Source: Methanothrix sp.
GTDB lineage: Archaea > Halobacteriota > Methanosarcinia > Methanotrichales > Methanotrichaceae
Direction of reading: 5' to 3'
NCBI GenBank assembly: GCA_040770465.1
Contig: JAXGJB010000016.1
Span: forward strand, 1 to 47,423
DNA: 47,423 nucleotides
The notes beneath the pieces were generated by a model. The model was not told where the DNA came from, made no database searches, and saw only the letters and a program-made list of their open reading frames with translations. The position numbers and the translations under genes are program-made. Each line of letters starts with the position of its first letter. The first letter of the stretch is position 1. Below, in pieces: positions 26,136 through 35,968 of the stretch.

Positions 26136-27884
26136 ATGCCTTTCAGCACCCCTCTCGCCCTCCTGGGACTATTGAGCGTCGTCCCCCTGATCATCCTCTA
26201 CATGATCAGGCCAAAGCCCAGGGATCAGCCCTTCCCGTCGACGGCCTTCATCAGAGAGGGGGAGGCAAAACCATCGGCTGCCCTGAACCGGCTGATCACA
26301 GATCCTCTCTTCTGGACCCAGCTTCTGGTGATCGTCTTCCTCGTCTTTGCCGCTGCGGGCCCCTTTTCGGAGGCGCGCGGGACCCAGGGGGCTCACCTGG
26401 TGGTGGTCCTCGACCTATCCGCCAGCATGGAGGCGAGCTTTGATGGGGCGAAAGAGATCGTCCTCCAGCGGGCCGCCGGAGTTGATCGGACGAGCATAGT
26501 CCTGGCGGAGTCGATCCCCATCGTCGCTCTCCGGGAGGGAAACGGTGAGCAGGCGAGGTCGGTTATCGAGGCCCTCTCGCCGAGGGCGGTCTCGGCGGAC
26601 CTCTCGGCGGGGATGACGATGGGAAAGAGCCTTCTGGGGGCCGAAGGGGGACTGATCCTCGTCGTCTCCGACTTCGTCAGCTGGACCGGCGACGACCCGG
26701 AGGTGACCCGAGGGCTGATGGAGACCGAGGGGACCGGTGTCGTCTTCGTCGACTCCGGCGGCGAGGGGGAGAACGTTGGGATCGTCGGAGGCTGGATCGT
26801 CGACTCCGGCGGGTCCCTGAACTGCAGCTGCCTCATAAGAAACTACGGAAGAACCAGGACCGTCCCCATAAAGATCATCGGCCCCGGGGGCACCACCACC
26901 AGCGCCAGAACGATAGACTCTGGGGGCGACAGCTACCTCACCTTCGACGCCTTCCCCGGCACCACCGTCGTAGCTCTCGAGGTCGATGACGCCATATCCT
27001 CCGACGACGAGGCCTACGTCTACTCCCCGGAGCTGAGGCCGAGGCGGGTTCTCTACCGCGGCGACGACGGGCCGGTCCTCGCTGCCCTTCGATCGATCCC
27101 CACCATCGCCGTCAGCAGATCGGGCGATTATGAAGGCTTCGACCTGGTGGTGATCGAGAACGCCTCCTCCGACGGCGAGCTGAACCGATACGTCTACGGC
27201 GGCGGCAAAGTCGTTTACGTCGCCTCGAACTCGTCGGAAAGCCCCGATTACCTCCCCGTGAGGATCGCAGGGGTCGTCAACGAGACGGCTCCCCTCTGGA
27301 CGAGAAACCCGGTCTTCGCCGAGGACCTCCACCTCGAGGAGGTGGAGGTCTACAGCTACTTCTCGACCTCCCCTCGCCAGGGGTCGGTGACCGTCGCCGA
27401 GGCGAACGCCGTCCCCGTCATATCCTACTGGAGGCTCGGCGGCGGCACCGTCGTCTACCTGGGCCTCTCAAAAGATAGCTCCGACTTCCATCAGAGGCCC
27501 GAGTACCCCATATTCTGGTACGAGATGACCAACTGGCTTACGAACGTCCCCGACACCTCCGAGTCGAACCGGAAGACCGGCGAGGTGGTGAGGCTCGGGG
27601 AGACGACCCTGGTGGAGGCTCCCGGCGAGAGGATCTCAACCGACGTCCTCCTCCTGGACAGGATAGGAATTTATCGGTTTCAGGGCAAGACCATCGCGAG
27701 CAACATGTACGACCCCGTGGAGTCAAACCTCCTGAACGGAAAGACCCTGAACCTTGGGACCGCCACCTCCGGCGAGACCTCCGAGAGGCTGATCAATAAA
27801 GACCTCTCAGGCTGGTTCGTGTCGATCGCTGCGGCCCTTCTCGTCGTCGAGCTTCTGATCCTGCGAAGGAGGCGAGAGGGATGA
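26136..27884 (+). CDS. BatA/vWA-domain membrane protein
   Basis: N-terminal BatA-type double TM (PLIILYMIRPKP...FPSTAF), VVLDLSASM MIDAS, VVSDF, C-terminal TM plus RRRR. Start moved to the ATG at 26136. Confidence 0.85.
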   Translation: MPFSTPLALLGLLSVVPLIILYMIRPKPRDQPFPSTAFIREGEAKPSAALNRLITDPLFWTQLLVIVFLVFAAAGPFSEARGTQGAHLVVVLDLSASMEASFDGAKEIVLQRAAGVDRTSIVLAESIPIVALREGNGEQARSVIEALSPRAVSADLSAGMTMGKSLLGAEGGLILVVSDFVSWTGDDPEVTRGLMETEGTGVVFVDSGGEGENVGIVGGWIVDSGGSLNCSCLIRNYGRTRTVPIKIIGPGGTTTSARTIDSGGDSYLTFDAFPGTTVVALEVDDAISSDDEAYVYSPELRPRRVLYRGDDGPVLAALRSIPTIAVSRSGDYEGFDLVVIENASSDGELNRYVYGGGKVVYVASNSSESPDYLPVRIAGVVNETAPLWTRNPVFAEDLHLEEVEVYSYFSTSPRQGSVTVAEANAVPVISYWRLGGGTVVYLGLSKDSSDFHQRPEYPIFWYEMTNWLTNVPDTSESNRKTGEVVRLGETTLVEAPGERISTDVLLLDRIGIYRFQGKTIASNMYDPVESNLLNGKTLNLGTATSGETSERLINKDLSGWFVSIAAALLVVELLILRRRREG

Positions 27885-30265
27885 TGGAAGATCTCTACTT
27901 CTCCGAGCCCCGCCTCCTCCTTCTGGTGCCCCTGATCCTGGTGGCGGGGATCGCAAGCCTCCATTGGAACAAGAACAGGCTCCTCGTCTTTAGCAGGGCC
28001 GTCATATTCTGCCTTTTGGCCGTAGCCCTCGCAAACCCCTACGTCACGGTGACGGAGACGACTCAGTCGAAACGGCCCCTCATAACCGTCGTCTCAGACC
28101 TCACGGCCTCGATGGAGATCTTCGATCGGGGGGCGGCAGAGAGGGTCGGAGCCGTAATCCCCGACTCCACCATCAGAACCTTCTCCGGGATGTCGACTCC
28201 GCTGGGCGACAAGATACTCCAGTACGCTCAGCAGGGCGGAGCCCTCCTCCTGGTCACCGACGGCTACAGCAACGCTGGACGGAGTCTGGAGGAGGCCCTG
28301 GCCCTGGCGAGGTCTGCGAACTCCACCGTCTTCGCCCTGGAGATGGAGCCGGTGAGGGAGGACTACAGCGTCGAGATCTCCGGGACGAACACCGCGGTTC
28401 TCGGGGGAGACTACCCCTTCACCGTCGTCGTGAGAAGCTCAGGCGGCGAGCTTGATGGGGTCCTCACCGTCCGGGCAGACGATCTGCCCATCTACCAGAA
28501 CGCGATCTCAGGGGATGGGAGGTCTGCCTCCATCAAGATGTCCAACCGATTTTCGTCGACGGGAACCCACCTCATCGAGGCGACGATAACCTTCCCCCAG
28601 GACTCTCAGACGGAGAACGACCGGTACCAGAAGGCTGTCTACGTCGTCCCCAAGCCCGAGGTTCTCCTGGTGGCGGAGGACGAGTCGCCCCTCTCGGAGG
28701 TCCTCTCCGATCAGTACAAGCTGACCACCGCCACCAGCTTCAGCGCCGAAGATCTGGGGTCCGGAGCCAAACGTTACAAGGCGGTGATCCTCGACGACCA
28801 GAAGTACGATCCGGAATTTTCAGGCCTGAACGATTACGTCAAGAACGGCGGCGGCCTAGTGGTGGTGGGCGGCGAGAACTCCTTCGAGTTTGGAGGTTAC
28901 AGAAACTCAACCCTCGAAGAGATCCTGCCGGTGAAGTCGGTGCCCAGCATCTTCGAGGGAGGGAAGACGACGGTCATCGTCATGGACATCTCTGGAAGCA
29001 CCCGGAGGGAGATGTCGATAGGGGGGGACACCTTCCTCGACTACGAGAAATCACTGGCCATAGAACTTCTGAAGTCACCCGAGTTCAGAGACGATCGGGT
29101 CGCCCTCGTCGTCTTCGGGACCGAGGCCTTCGTCCTCTTCACCCCCACCCCCATCGCCGGAAAAGAGATCATGATAGAGGATCGGATATCCAGCCTCTCC
29201 CCCCAGCCCGGAGCCCAGGATGAGACCCAGCTCGACACTGGTCTCGCCCTCGCCTGGGATATCCTAAACTCCACCGCCGGTGACGGGGAGGTCATCGTCA
29301 TCTCCGACGGCCGGGTTAGAGAGTACCCCAATGTCTTCGAGGAGTCGGCGAGGATGATCCAGGAGATGGCGGCAACGGTCCACCTGGTGGAGGTGAAGGC
29401 CTTCGTGGACGCTCCTGGAGGGTTTGCGGACCTCGCCGCAATAAGCGGTGCCGAGTACCATTCAGCCGTCTACCCCGGATCCGTCACCATCAGGGTTGAG
29501 GAGAGGCCGGAGGGCGAGGAGCCGACCGAAGAGGATGAGGTCCCCGCCAGCGGCTACTCCCTGATGATCTCAGATCAGAACCACTACATAACCACCGACC
29601 TGAACATCACCGCCAACGCCACGGGGTTCAACGACGTCACACCGAAATCGGGTGGTCAGAGGCTGGTGGTGATGCTCGACGGAAAGCCGATCCTCACCAG
29701 CTGGAGGTACGGCCTTGGGAGGGTGGCGGCCTTCACCACCGACGACGGCTCCGCCTGGGCCCCGGAGGTCTATTCAGCCAAAAACTCGCGGCTCGTATCC
29801 AGGACGGTGAACTGGGCTATCGGCGATCCCCGGCCCGAGATGGGGAGGGTGGACGCCGAGGACGGGTGGCTGGGGACCCCCCTCGAGATTACTATAACCA
29901 GCCCCGGCCCTCCGAGGGTGGGGTCTGCACAGGTCGAGAGGATAGGTGAGAACCGGTATAGAGCGATGGTGACCCCCGATGAAGAGGGGGTGTACACCGT
30001 CGGAGACTACGGGATCGCCATAAACTACCCACTCGAGTTCAGGCGCATTGGATACAACCCGGACTTTTCGAGGTTGATCATGGCCAGCGGCGGGAAGGTC
30101 TTCTCTGAGTCGGAGGTGGCTGGAAACCTCGTCGAGGAGGCGAGAAAGAGAAGCGAGATCACGATCCAGCAGCGGGTCAGCAGCCGGTGGATCCTCCTCT
30201 TTGGGGCTCTGGCCATATTCCTCGCCGAGGTGATCGCAAGGAGGCTGAGAGAGGTGAAGCGATGA
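27881..30265 (+). CDS. Membrane-anchored double-vWA / GATase-like domain protein
   Basis: DLTASM and VMDISGS vWA motifs, VTDG and ISDG, GGGLVVVGG...GGY...LEEILPV, WRYGLGRVAAFTTD; N- and C-terminal TM. Confidence 0.85.
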   Translation: MMEDLYFSEPRLLLLVPLILVAGIASLHWNKNRLLVFSRAVIFCLLAVALANPYVTVTETTQSKRPLITVVSDLTASMEIFDRGAAERVGAVIPDSTIRTFSGMSTPLGDKILQYAQQGGALLLVTDGYSNAGRSLEEALALARSANSTVFALEMEPVREDYSVEISGTNTAVLGGDYPFTVVVRSSGGELDGVLTVRADDLPIYQNAISGDGRSASIKMSNRFSSTGTHLIEATITFPQDSQTENDRYQKAVYVVPKPEVLLVAEDESPLSEVLSDQYKLTTATSFSAEDLGSGAKRYKAVILDDQKYDPEFSGLNDYVKNGGGLVVVGGENSFEFGGYRNSTLEEILPVKSVPSIFEGGKTTVIVMDISGSTRREMSIGGDTFLDYEKSLAIELLKSPEFRDDRVALVVFGTEAFVLFTPTPIAGKEIMIEDRISSLSPQPGAQDETQLDTGLALAWDILNSTAGDGEVIVISDGRVREYPNVFEESARMIQEMAATVHLVEVKAFVDAPGGFADLAAISGAEYHSAVYPGSVTIRVEERPEGEEPTEEDEVPASGYSLMISDQNHYITTDLNITANATGFNDVTPKSGGQRLVVMLDGKPILTSWRYGLGRVAAFTTDDGSAWAPEVYSAKNSRLVSRTVNWAIGDPRPEMGRVDAEDGWLGTPLEITITSPGPPRVGSAQVERIGENRYRAMVTPDEEGVYTVGDYGIAINYPLEFRRIGYNPDFSRLIMASGGKVFSESEVAGNLVEEARKRSEITIQQRVSSRWILLFGALAIFLAEVIARRLREVKR

Positions 30266-30607
30266 AAGGCTCTAGCAAAGACGAGCTTAGCGCTCCCCCA
30301 GCAGCAAGCTCGATGGTCTGAGATCCCGCGCCGTCTTCGGAGGAGCTTTAGGCGACCGCGAACGGATCTTCAGTCGTCTCGGGACTGATCTTCCGGCAAT
30401 CTCGATACGGAATTTCTGAGATCGATCTCGTCTGAGTGAGCGAGAGTTCTATGACGCTGCAAGTTATCGTTTTTTCCCCGAGTGCCTGTCCACCAATAGC
30501 TTTTTAGCCTATTGATATCATCACTGGAAGAAGATTGGCTCATTTGCAGGATCGAAATAGGATACGAGGAATGAGTTCATATATTCTGTGGAGGTAACTA
30601 CCAGAAG

Positions 30608-30925
30608 ATGAGTTCCGAGATGTGCCCAGTATGTGGCCTTCCCAAAGACCTTTGCATATGCCAAGAGGTGGCCAAGGAGCAGCAGAGGATCACGGTGAAG
30701 ATCAACAGGCGAAGATACGGAAAAGAGGTTACAGTGATCCAGGGGATAGATCCTCACGAGATAGATCTCAACGAACTAGCTACACATCTCAAATCGGAGC
30801 TTGCCTGTGGCGGGACCGTCAAGGGCTACGGCGTCATCGAGCTGCAAGGCAATCATACCGGGCGTATAAAGAAGATCTTGGTTAAGAAGGGCTTCGGAGA
30901 GAATCAGATCCAGATAAGTTCCTGA
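30608..30925 (+). CDS. Translation initiation factor aIF-1 (SUI1/YciH family)
   Basis: [44 protein letters not shown]. Confidence 0.95.
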   Translation: MSSEMCPVCGLPKDLCICQEVAKEQQRITVKINRRRYGKEVTVIQGIDPHEIDLNELATHLKSELACGGTVKGYGVIELQGNHTGRIKKILVKKGFGENQIQISS

Positions 30926-31080
30926 AATCGGCTTCGAAGCCGTCTCAAAAGCCCGTCTCCACCTTTTTCGGGGCCGTCTTTGGTCATCCTTAGCTTTGCG
31001 GCGAGGGAGATCTCATGCGGCTGACAAACCTAAACGCCATCGTTGGAAAACATATACTTTCTAAAAAAGATTGAGGTACC

Positions 31081-31473
31081 TCACTGCTGGAGGTTGGCCG
31101 CGCTGACCCTTTTAATCGACTGATCCAGGCCGGTATCGGAGTTATCAGCCAGCAATATGCCGAAGATCCACTCGCTCAGCTCCGGACAATGTTCGGGAAC
31201 GCATTCGTTTATGCAGCCCGCACAGGGCTCGAATACGTCTCTGACCATGAGCTTTCTGAAGCGGCCGGAGGATGAGACAACTCCTACGTAACGCAGCCGA
31301 TACGTTCTCACCCCGTCCGCCGATTCGGGCTCTCTGGTGATGAGATCCTCCTTCAAGAGCTTCGAGACTATGCGGGAGCATTTGCGAGAATCGATATCCA
31401 AACATTTCCACAGGTCGCTCTGCAGAACTCCTTCCTCGCACGACTTTATATACTCCAGCGCTTCCTCATACAT
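31081..31473 (-). CDS. TFE-beta / RPC34-like winged-helix protein with C-terminal Cys cluster
   Basis: GVLQSDLWKCLDIDSRKCSRIVSKL wHTH plus PCAGCINECVPEHCPELSEWI (CxxC-x3-C-x4-C); downstream of Lsm. Start moved to the ATG at 31473. Confidence 0.8.
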   Translation of the reverse strand: MYEEALEYIKSCEEGVLQSDLWKCLDIDSRKCSRIVSKLLKEDLITREPESADGVRTYRLRYVGVVSSSGRFRKLMVRDVFEPCAGCINECVPEHCPELSEWIFGILLADNSDTGLDQSIKRVSAANLQQ

Positions 31474-31489
31474 CTGGACACCCGGACAG

Positions 31490-31714
31490 TCACTCAACCG
31501 GACTTATGAGGATTATGTTGTTCCCACGGAGTATCACTGAACCCAGGGATCGTGCCCTCTCACCATCTACGATCTCTACAGTCTCCAGAAGATGGAGGTT
31601 CAGATAGTCGTCGACGCTGTTGAGGGTTCCCTCCAGAACGTGACGCTGTGACCCCTTCATCTCCACTTTGATCTTGGACCCGATCAACGTTTGAACTTTC
31701 TTACTTGGAAACAC
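31490..31714 (-). CDS. Lsm/SmAP RNA-binding protein
   Basis: GTLNSVDDYLNLHL (Sm1) and GSVILRGNNIILI (Sm2); likely GTG start at 31714 (MFPSKKV). Confidence 0.93.
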   Translation of the reverse strand: MFPSKKVQTLIGSKIKVEMKGSQRHVLEGTLNSVDDYLNLHLLETVEIVDGERARSLGSVILRGNNIILISPVE

Positions 31715-31848
31715 AAGTTTTGCCTCTTGCTCGTTTATTGTTGGCATTCAACCGTCGGCGGAGAGCCGCCTTTCTCAGAGATGATACCACCAAATTGGAC
31801 AATATAAATACGACGGGCCTAAAACGGGGGCGATCAAGAGTGCTCGCA

Positions 31849-32079
31849 CTATACCGCCACTACTTCTTTTACGCCGTCTACGTTCTTCTTCAGCTCTCTT
31901 TCAACGAAGTTCTTCAGGGTCATCTGGGAGAAGGGGCAGCCTGCACAGCTTCCGGTGAGCTTCACACTGACCACACCGTCTTCATTGATATCGATCAGCT
32001 CGATATCTCCACCCTCCATTCTGAGAGCGTTCCTGATGACATCGAGCACGGATTCCACATCATGTCTCAAATTCGGCAT
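31849..32079 (-). CDS. NifU/Nfu-type Fe-S carrier
   Basis: IRNALRMEGGDIEL...LTGSCAGCPFSQMTLK (CxxC). Confidence 0.92.
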   Translation of the reverse strand: MPNLRHDVESVLDVIRNALRMEGGDIELIDINEDGVVSVKLTGSCAGCPFSQMTLKNFVERELKKNVDGVKEVVAV

Positions 32080-32085
32080 TGATGC

Positions 32086-32409
32086 TCAATCTCCTCTGAC
32101 CTTCATAACCGTTACCTTTTGCCCCATTATCGTATACCTTATCCCTTTTAAAGCTTGTTCCAGACCCTTGATGATCGGCTCACAGTCTCCATCTATGACG
32201 GTGTTGACCAATACACCGGGTTCTGCGTGATGTCTGATCGCCTCGATGGTCATCTCGGGGTCCTCCTTCAGCCGGAAGTCTCTCCATTCTTTGGGGGCCA
32301 TCCCCTTGTACTCATAGAGATAAAATCCCGTTATCCCCAGCTCTGTGAGTGTGTTTATCACGCGGCCCAAATGCTCGAGATCGACAAATATCTTGACCAT
32401 TGTCTTCAT
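32086..32409 (-). CDS. MJ1244-like methanogen protein (PII-like fold suspected)
   Basis: LGRVINTLTELGITGFYLYEYKGMAP...EDPE...VLVNTV. Confidence 0.72.
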   Translation of the reverse strand: MKTMVKIFVDLEHLGRVINTLTELGITGFYLYEYKGMAPKEWRDFRLKEDPEMTIEAIRHHAEPGVLVNTVIDGDCEPIIKGLEQALKGIRYTIMGQKVTVMKVRGD

Positions 32410-32522
32410 AAAATCCCACCTTTATATCCCGACATGAGACTTTAAATAACTTCTCCCATCTCGAGATCTCCGGCCACCAGATACGCTTTTATCCGGTCAG
32501 AGGATTCAGGTAACAGATCGAT

Positions 32523-32990
32523 ATGGGCTCTGGTAAGGACATCCGAGAAGTGCTCTTGGAGGCGGGGATATCCATCGACGAAGTCGTCTCTGCCGCTCTG
32601 GAGCTTTACGTTCCACATCCCGGCGTGGAGACGAGGGAGAAAGCCGAGGCTGTGTTCAGAAGAGAGCTGGACCTCGCACTCTCCGACCCGAACCTCTGTC
32701 TTTTGATCTACGCGGGGGTCCTCCTGGAGGATGAGGGGAAGGGAGGAAACCTCCCCAACATGAGCAGCTCCGATTACGAGAGGGACCTGACCTACCTCAT
32801 AGCCGACGAGGTGATCGGGATGACCATAGCCAAGTACGTCGGTGGGTTCAAGGGCACCTTCGATTACGTGCGGTACGATAAGGCAAAACCCGGGATTCTG
32901 GGGCGGCTCGGCCCCTTCATGGACGACGTAATCGCGGGGCTGATCGGCGGAGTCTCCGCGAATATGTACACTCGGGCGGTGTTCGGCTGA
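32523..32990 (+). CDS. cobZ: Alpha-ribazole phosphatase CobZ (PgpA-like)
   Basis: DPNL, LIADEVIG, YDKAKPGIL, LGPFMDD; directly upstream of cobS. Confidence 0.85.
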   Translation: MGSGKDIREVLLEAGISIDEVVSAALELYVPHPGVETREKAEAVFRRELDLALSDPNLCLLIYAGVLLEDEGKGGNLPNMSSSDYERDLTYLIADEVIGMTIAKYVGGFKGTFDYVRYDKAKPGILGRLGPFMDDVIAGLIGGVSANMYTRAVFG

Positions 32991-33769
32991 AAGACCACCT
33001 TTCCGCTCTCAAGGCCGGCTTCGGCTTTCTCTCCACGATACCCGTAGGGATATCGATGGAGGGGATCGAGGCCCTGATGAGGCACATCTACCTCTTCCCT
33101 CTGGTGGGGGCGGCCCTCGGCCTCATCTACGCCGCCGTGGCCCTGGCCCTTGCGGAGATCGCGCCGCCGGGGATCGTTGCGGCCCTCATCCTCGTCGTGA
33201 TCTACAAGCTATGCGGTATAAACCACGCCGACGGCCTCGCAGACTTCGGGGACGGCGTTTCCGCCCACACCACCGTCGAGAAGAAGATCAGCGCCATGAA
33301 GGACGTCTACATCGGGACCGGCGGAGTCGTCTTCGTGACCCTGACGATAATTGCGGTCTACGCCTCCCTGACGGCGATCCCTCGTGAGGCTTTACCCGTC
33401 GCCCTGGTGGCGGCGGAGGTGGCGGCCAAGCAGTCGATGATCGCCTTCGCCGCCTTCTCAACGCCCCTTCACAAAGGATTCGGCTCGATCGCCATCGAGA
33501 ACACCGATAGATCCGATTTTCTCATCGGCCTATTGATCGCAGCTTCGATCTCGTGGGCCTTATCGGGCCTGCCAGGCCTTGCAGTCCTCATCGCCGCTCA
33601 GATCGTCGCCTTCTACATGGTGGCCGTATCCAAAAGAAACTTCGGCGGCGCCACCGGCGACGGTTTCGGGGCCACAAACGAGGTGGCTCGATGCGTCGCC
33701 CTCGTCGTTTTCGCAATCCTTGCGACCAGCGGGTTCGGATGGGAGGTCTCGGTCTGGATGCCGTGGTGA
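32987..33769 (+). CDS. cobS: Adenosylcobinamide-GDP ribazoletransferase (cobalamin synthase); probable CTG start
   Basis: HADGLADFGDG, AMKD...GTGG, FGGATGDGFGATNE. The conserved N-terminal GFGFLSTIP is encoded in frame upstream of the ORF-track ATG (33056), from the CTG at 32987. Confidence 0.9.
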   Translation: MKDHLSALKAGFGFLSTIPVGISMEGIEALMRHIYLFPLVGAALGLIYAAVALALAEIAPPGIVAALILVVIYKLCGINHADGLADFGDGVSAHTTVEKKISAMKDVYIGTGGVVFVTLTIIAVYASLTAIPREALPVALVAAEVAAKQSMIAFAAFSTPLHKGFGSIAIENTDRSDFLIGLLIAASISWALSGLPGLAVLIAAQIVAFYMVAVSKRNFGGATGDGFGATNEVARCVALVVFAILATSGFGWEVSVWMPW

Positions 33770-34359
33770 TGGCCGGAGGCCTGGGCACCAGGCTGAAGAT
33801 GGGTGAGAAGCCGATGGTCCGGCTCCTCGGCCGCCCCCTCATCGACTGGGTCACGAGCGCCCTCGGGGAGAGCATCATCGATCGGGTCTTTGTGGCGGCG
33901 ACCTCCAGCGTTCCCGAGACGATGCGATGGGCTGAGGAGGAGGGACTCGACGTGGTGGAGACGCTGGGAGAGGGGTACGTCCCCGACATGATCTATGCCG
34001 TCGAGGAGGCGGGGATCGACGAGCCCGTCCTGATCGTGATGGCGGACCTTCCCCTTTTGAGGGGGGATGTCCTCAACGGGATCATAAAGGTCTACTACGA
34101 GGTCTCCGAGCCAGCCCTCTCGGTCCACGTGCCCCTGGAGATCTACCGGCGGATAGGGACGAAGCCCGACGCCCTCTTCAACTATCGGGGGCGGTTCATC
34201 GTCCCCTCGGGGGTGAACGTCCTTTTGGGCTCGATGATCAGGTCCGAGCAGGATGACTACCACCTGATCCTCGATAAAATAGAACTCGCTTTGAACGTCA
34301 ACTCACCGGGAGATCTCGCGATATGCGAGGTGATCCTCCGGGGAGATCTCGAGATCTGA
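33754..34359 (+). CDS. cobY: GTP:adenosylcobinamide-phosphate guanylyltransferase; probable CTG start
   Basis: (M)DAVVMAGGLGTRLKMGEKP, GYVPD, ADLPLL, NVNSPGDL; GGAGGT RBS 6 nt before the CTG at 33754. Confidence 0.9.
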   Translation: MDAVVMAGGLGTRLKMGEKPMVRLLGRPLIDWVTSALGESIIDRVFVAATSSVPETMRWAEEEGLDVVETLGEGYVPDMIYAVEEAGIDEPVLIVMADLPLLRGDVLNGIIKVYYEVSEPALSVHVPLEIYRRIGTKPDALFNYRGRFIVPSGVNVLLGSMIRSEQDDYHLILDKIELALNVNSPGDLAICEVILRGDLEI

Positions 34360-34390
34360 ATATGAAGATATGATTTTGGGGTGGAAAGAG

Positions 34391-34741
34391 ATGGATTACG
34401 TTGAGATAGAAGGCGAGAGATACTCGGTCGAAGACCTGGAGACTCTCACCGGAGTTGTGAGGCCATCAGAGTCGAAGGGGTACATACTCCTGCTGGCAAA
34501 GGTGCTAAAAGACCCCCTCAGCCTGCCTCGAAGGCTGAGCGAGATCTGTTCTGTCAAGCTGAACGACGAGGAGAGGCGAGACCTCCGGATGGCTCTGATC
34601 AGGGTTCAGATAGAGAGCGAGCTGAAGATGAACGAGGACATCCAGAGGTACCAGCAGAGAAGGTACGTATCCCAGGTGATCGAGATCCTCCTCTTTAAGG
34701 ACCTCCTCCTGGCCCCCGGAGAGCCCGAGGAGCCGGATTGA
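34391..34741 (+). CDS. Conserved-looking hypothetical protein
   Basis: Host-like codon usage; helical (DLRMALIRVQIESELKMNEDIQRYQQRRYVSQVIE); start either 34370 or 34391. Confidence 0.7.
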   Translation: MDYVEIEGERYSVEDLETLTGVVRPSESKGYILLLAKVLKDPLSLPRRLSEICSVKLNDEERRDLRMALIRVQIESELKMNEDIQRYQQRRYVSQVIEILLFKDLLLAPGEPEEPD

Positions 34742-35170
34742 TAAGAAGATCCAGAACAAAGTACTTTTTTTGATGTGTCAAAGTAGATATTTGAGGTTTT
34801 AGATTTATAGTGCTGCACCAAACGATTGATACTAACTATCGATATCTATGGGCCCATCTACCGGCCATATAAGTATCATTTCTTGGGTTCAGCACTATAA
34901 ATTGGTCGGGTGATTGTATTTAAATGTAATTGAAATAATTGATATAATTTTATCGATCCTGTCGAGATCCTTATTTTTATCTGTTCTATTTTAGTCTTTA
35001 TAGTCCTAGGTATATGGTCTTATTATAACTAAATTTGATATTATTATGAACCAGAGATGTCAAGAACTTGATCGAAACATTTAAGTAGAGAAAATGCCAT
35101 AGTTGAGTGGAAGGAATTTAGTCGATGCCTATTAATCCAGTTCAAAAAGGATAAAGGTGGTATCTGCATT

Positions 35171-35959
35171 ATGGACTATAACGTGTCTCACAGCCCTAAA
35201 TGTATGGTTTTATTAATGTTTTCGATATTATTGATCTTCTTACTCCTGTTGGTACCTGTCCAGGCTATTCGGCTAACTGAGAGCATCGTGCTGGGCTGCG
35301 ATGGGGAGTTGGATTCATACACCGATATCGGTAAAGCTCGTGACCAGATGCACGGGATAGGAGAACAAAATTATAATAGAAGCTTTGAATACAATAGCAT
35401 TAAGTGCTGGTTGAGTTCAAAATATCGCTTCAATGGATCTTCTCCAGACGAATTAAGTAGTTATCTCATAGGAATGACTGGAGAGGATGGTAATTTAAAG
35501 CATGTTGTTTGGGCTTCAGATAGCAAGAATTTCAATTCTTCTAGCACTATAAATGTAGTCAAAGGCGGCGGCATAGAGGCTGTCAAAACTGACTATAATA
35601 TTTCTGGAGTTGGTAAACTCCGTGAAAGGATAACAACGTCGACTATATGCGGTCATCATCCTAAAGATATCGCTGGCACGTGGCTAAATGGTTCTTACAG
35701 GTTGAATTCCGGTCTGGTTGATAATATGTCGTATTATTCGGAAGACATTGAAATTCTATACGGAAAGGTTGTGGTAAATGACACCGACAAGTCAAATATA
35801 ACCGGAATGGTGATAATATCTGTGGGGGGGAACAATACTACTTCGGCCGCTGAAACACCTATAAGCATCAGTAACCTGACAGATAGCTCAGATCCATGCG
35901 ATAAATTTAAAGGTGTGGATGACAAAAAATGGTATGAATGCCAACAGTTAAAGGGTTAA
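35171..35959 (+). CDS. Secreted hypothetical protein (AT-rich islet)
   Basis: Hydrophobic signal peptide ending VQA; many N-x-S/T sequons; C-terminal Cys pair; AGGTGG RBS. Confidence 0.7.
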   Translation: MDYNVSHSPKCMVLLMFSILLIFLLLLVPVQAIRLTESIVLGCDGELDSYTDIGKARDQMHGIGEQNYNRSFEYNSIKCWLSSKYRFNGSSPDELSSYLIGMTGEDGNLKHVVWASDSKNFNSSSTINVVKGGGIEAVKTDYNISGVGKLRERITTSTICGHHPKDIAGTWLNGSYRLNSGLVDNMSYYSEDIEILYGKVVVNDTDKSNITGMVIISVGGNNTTSAAETPISISNLTDSSDPCDKFKGVDDKKWYECQQLKG

Positions 35960-35968
35960 ATATTGGAA

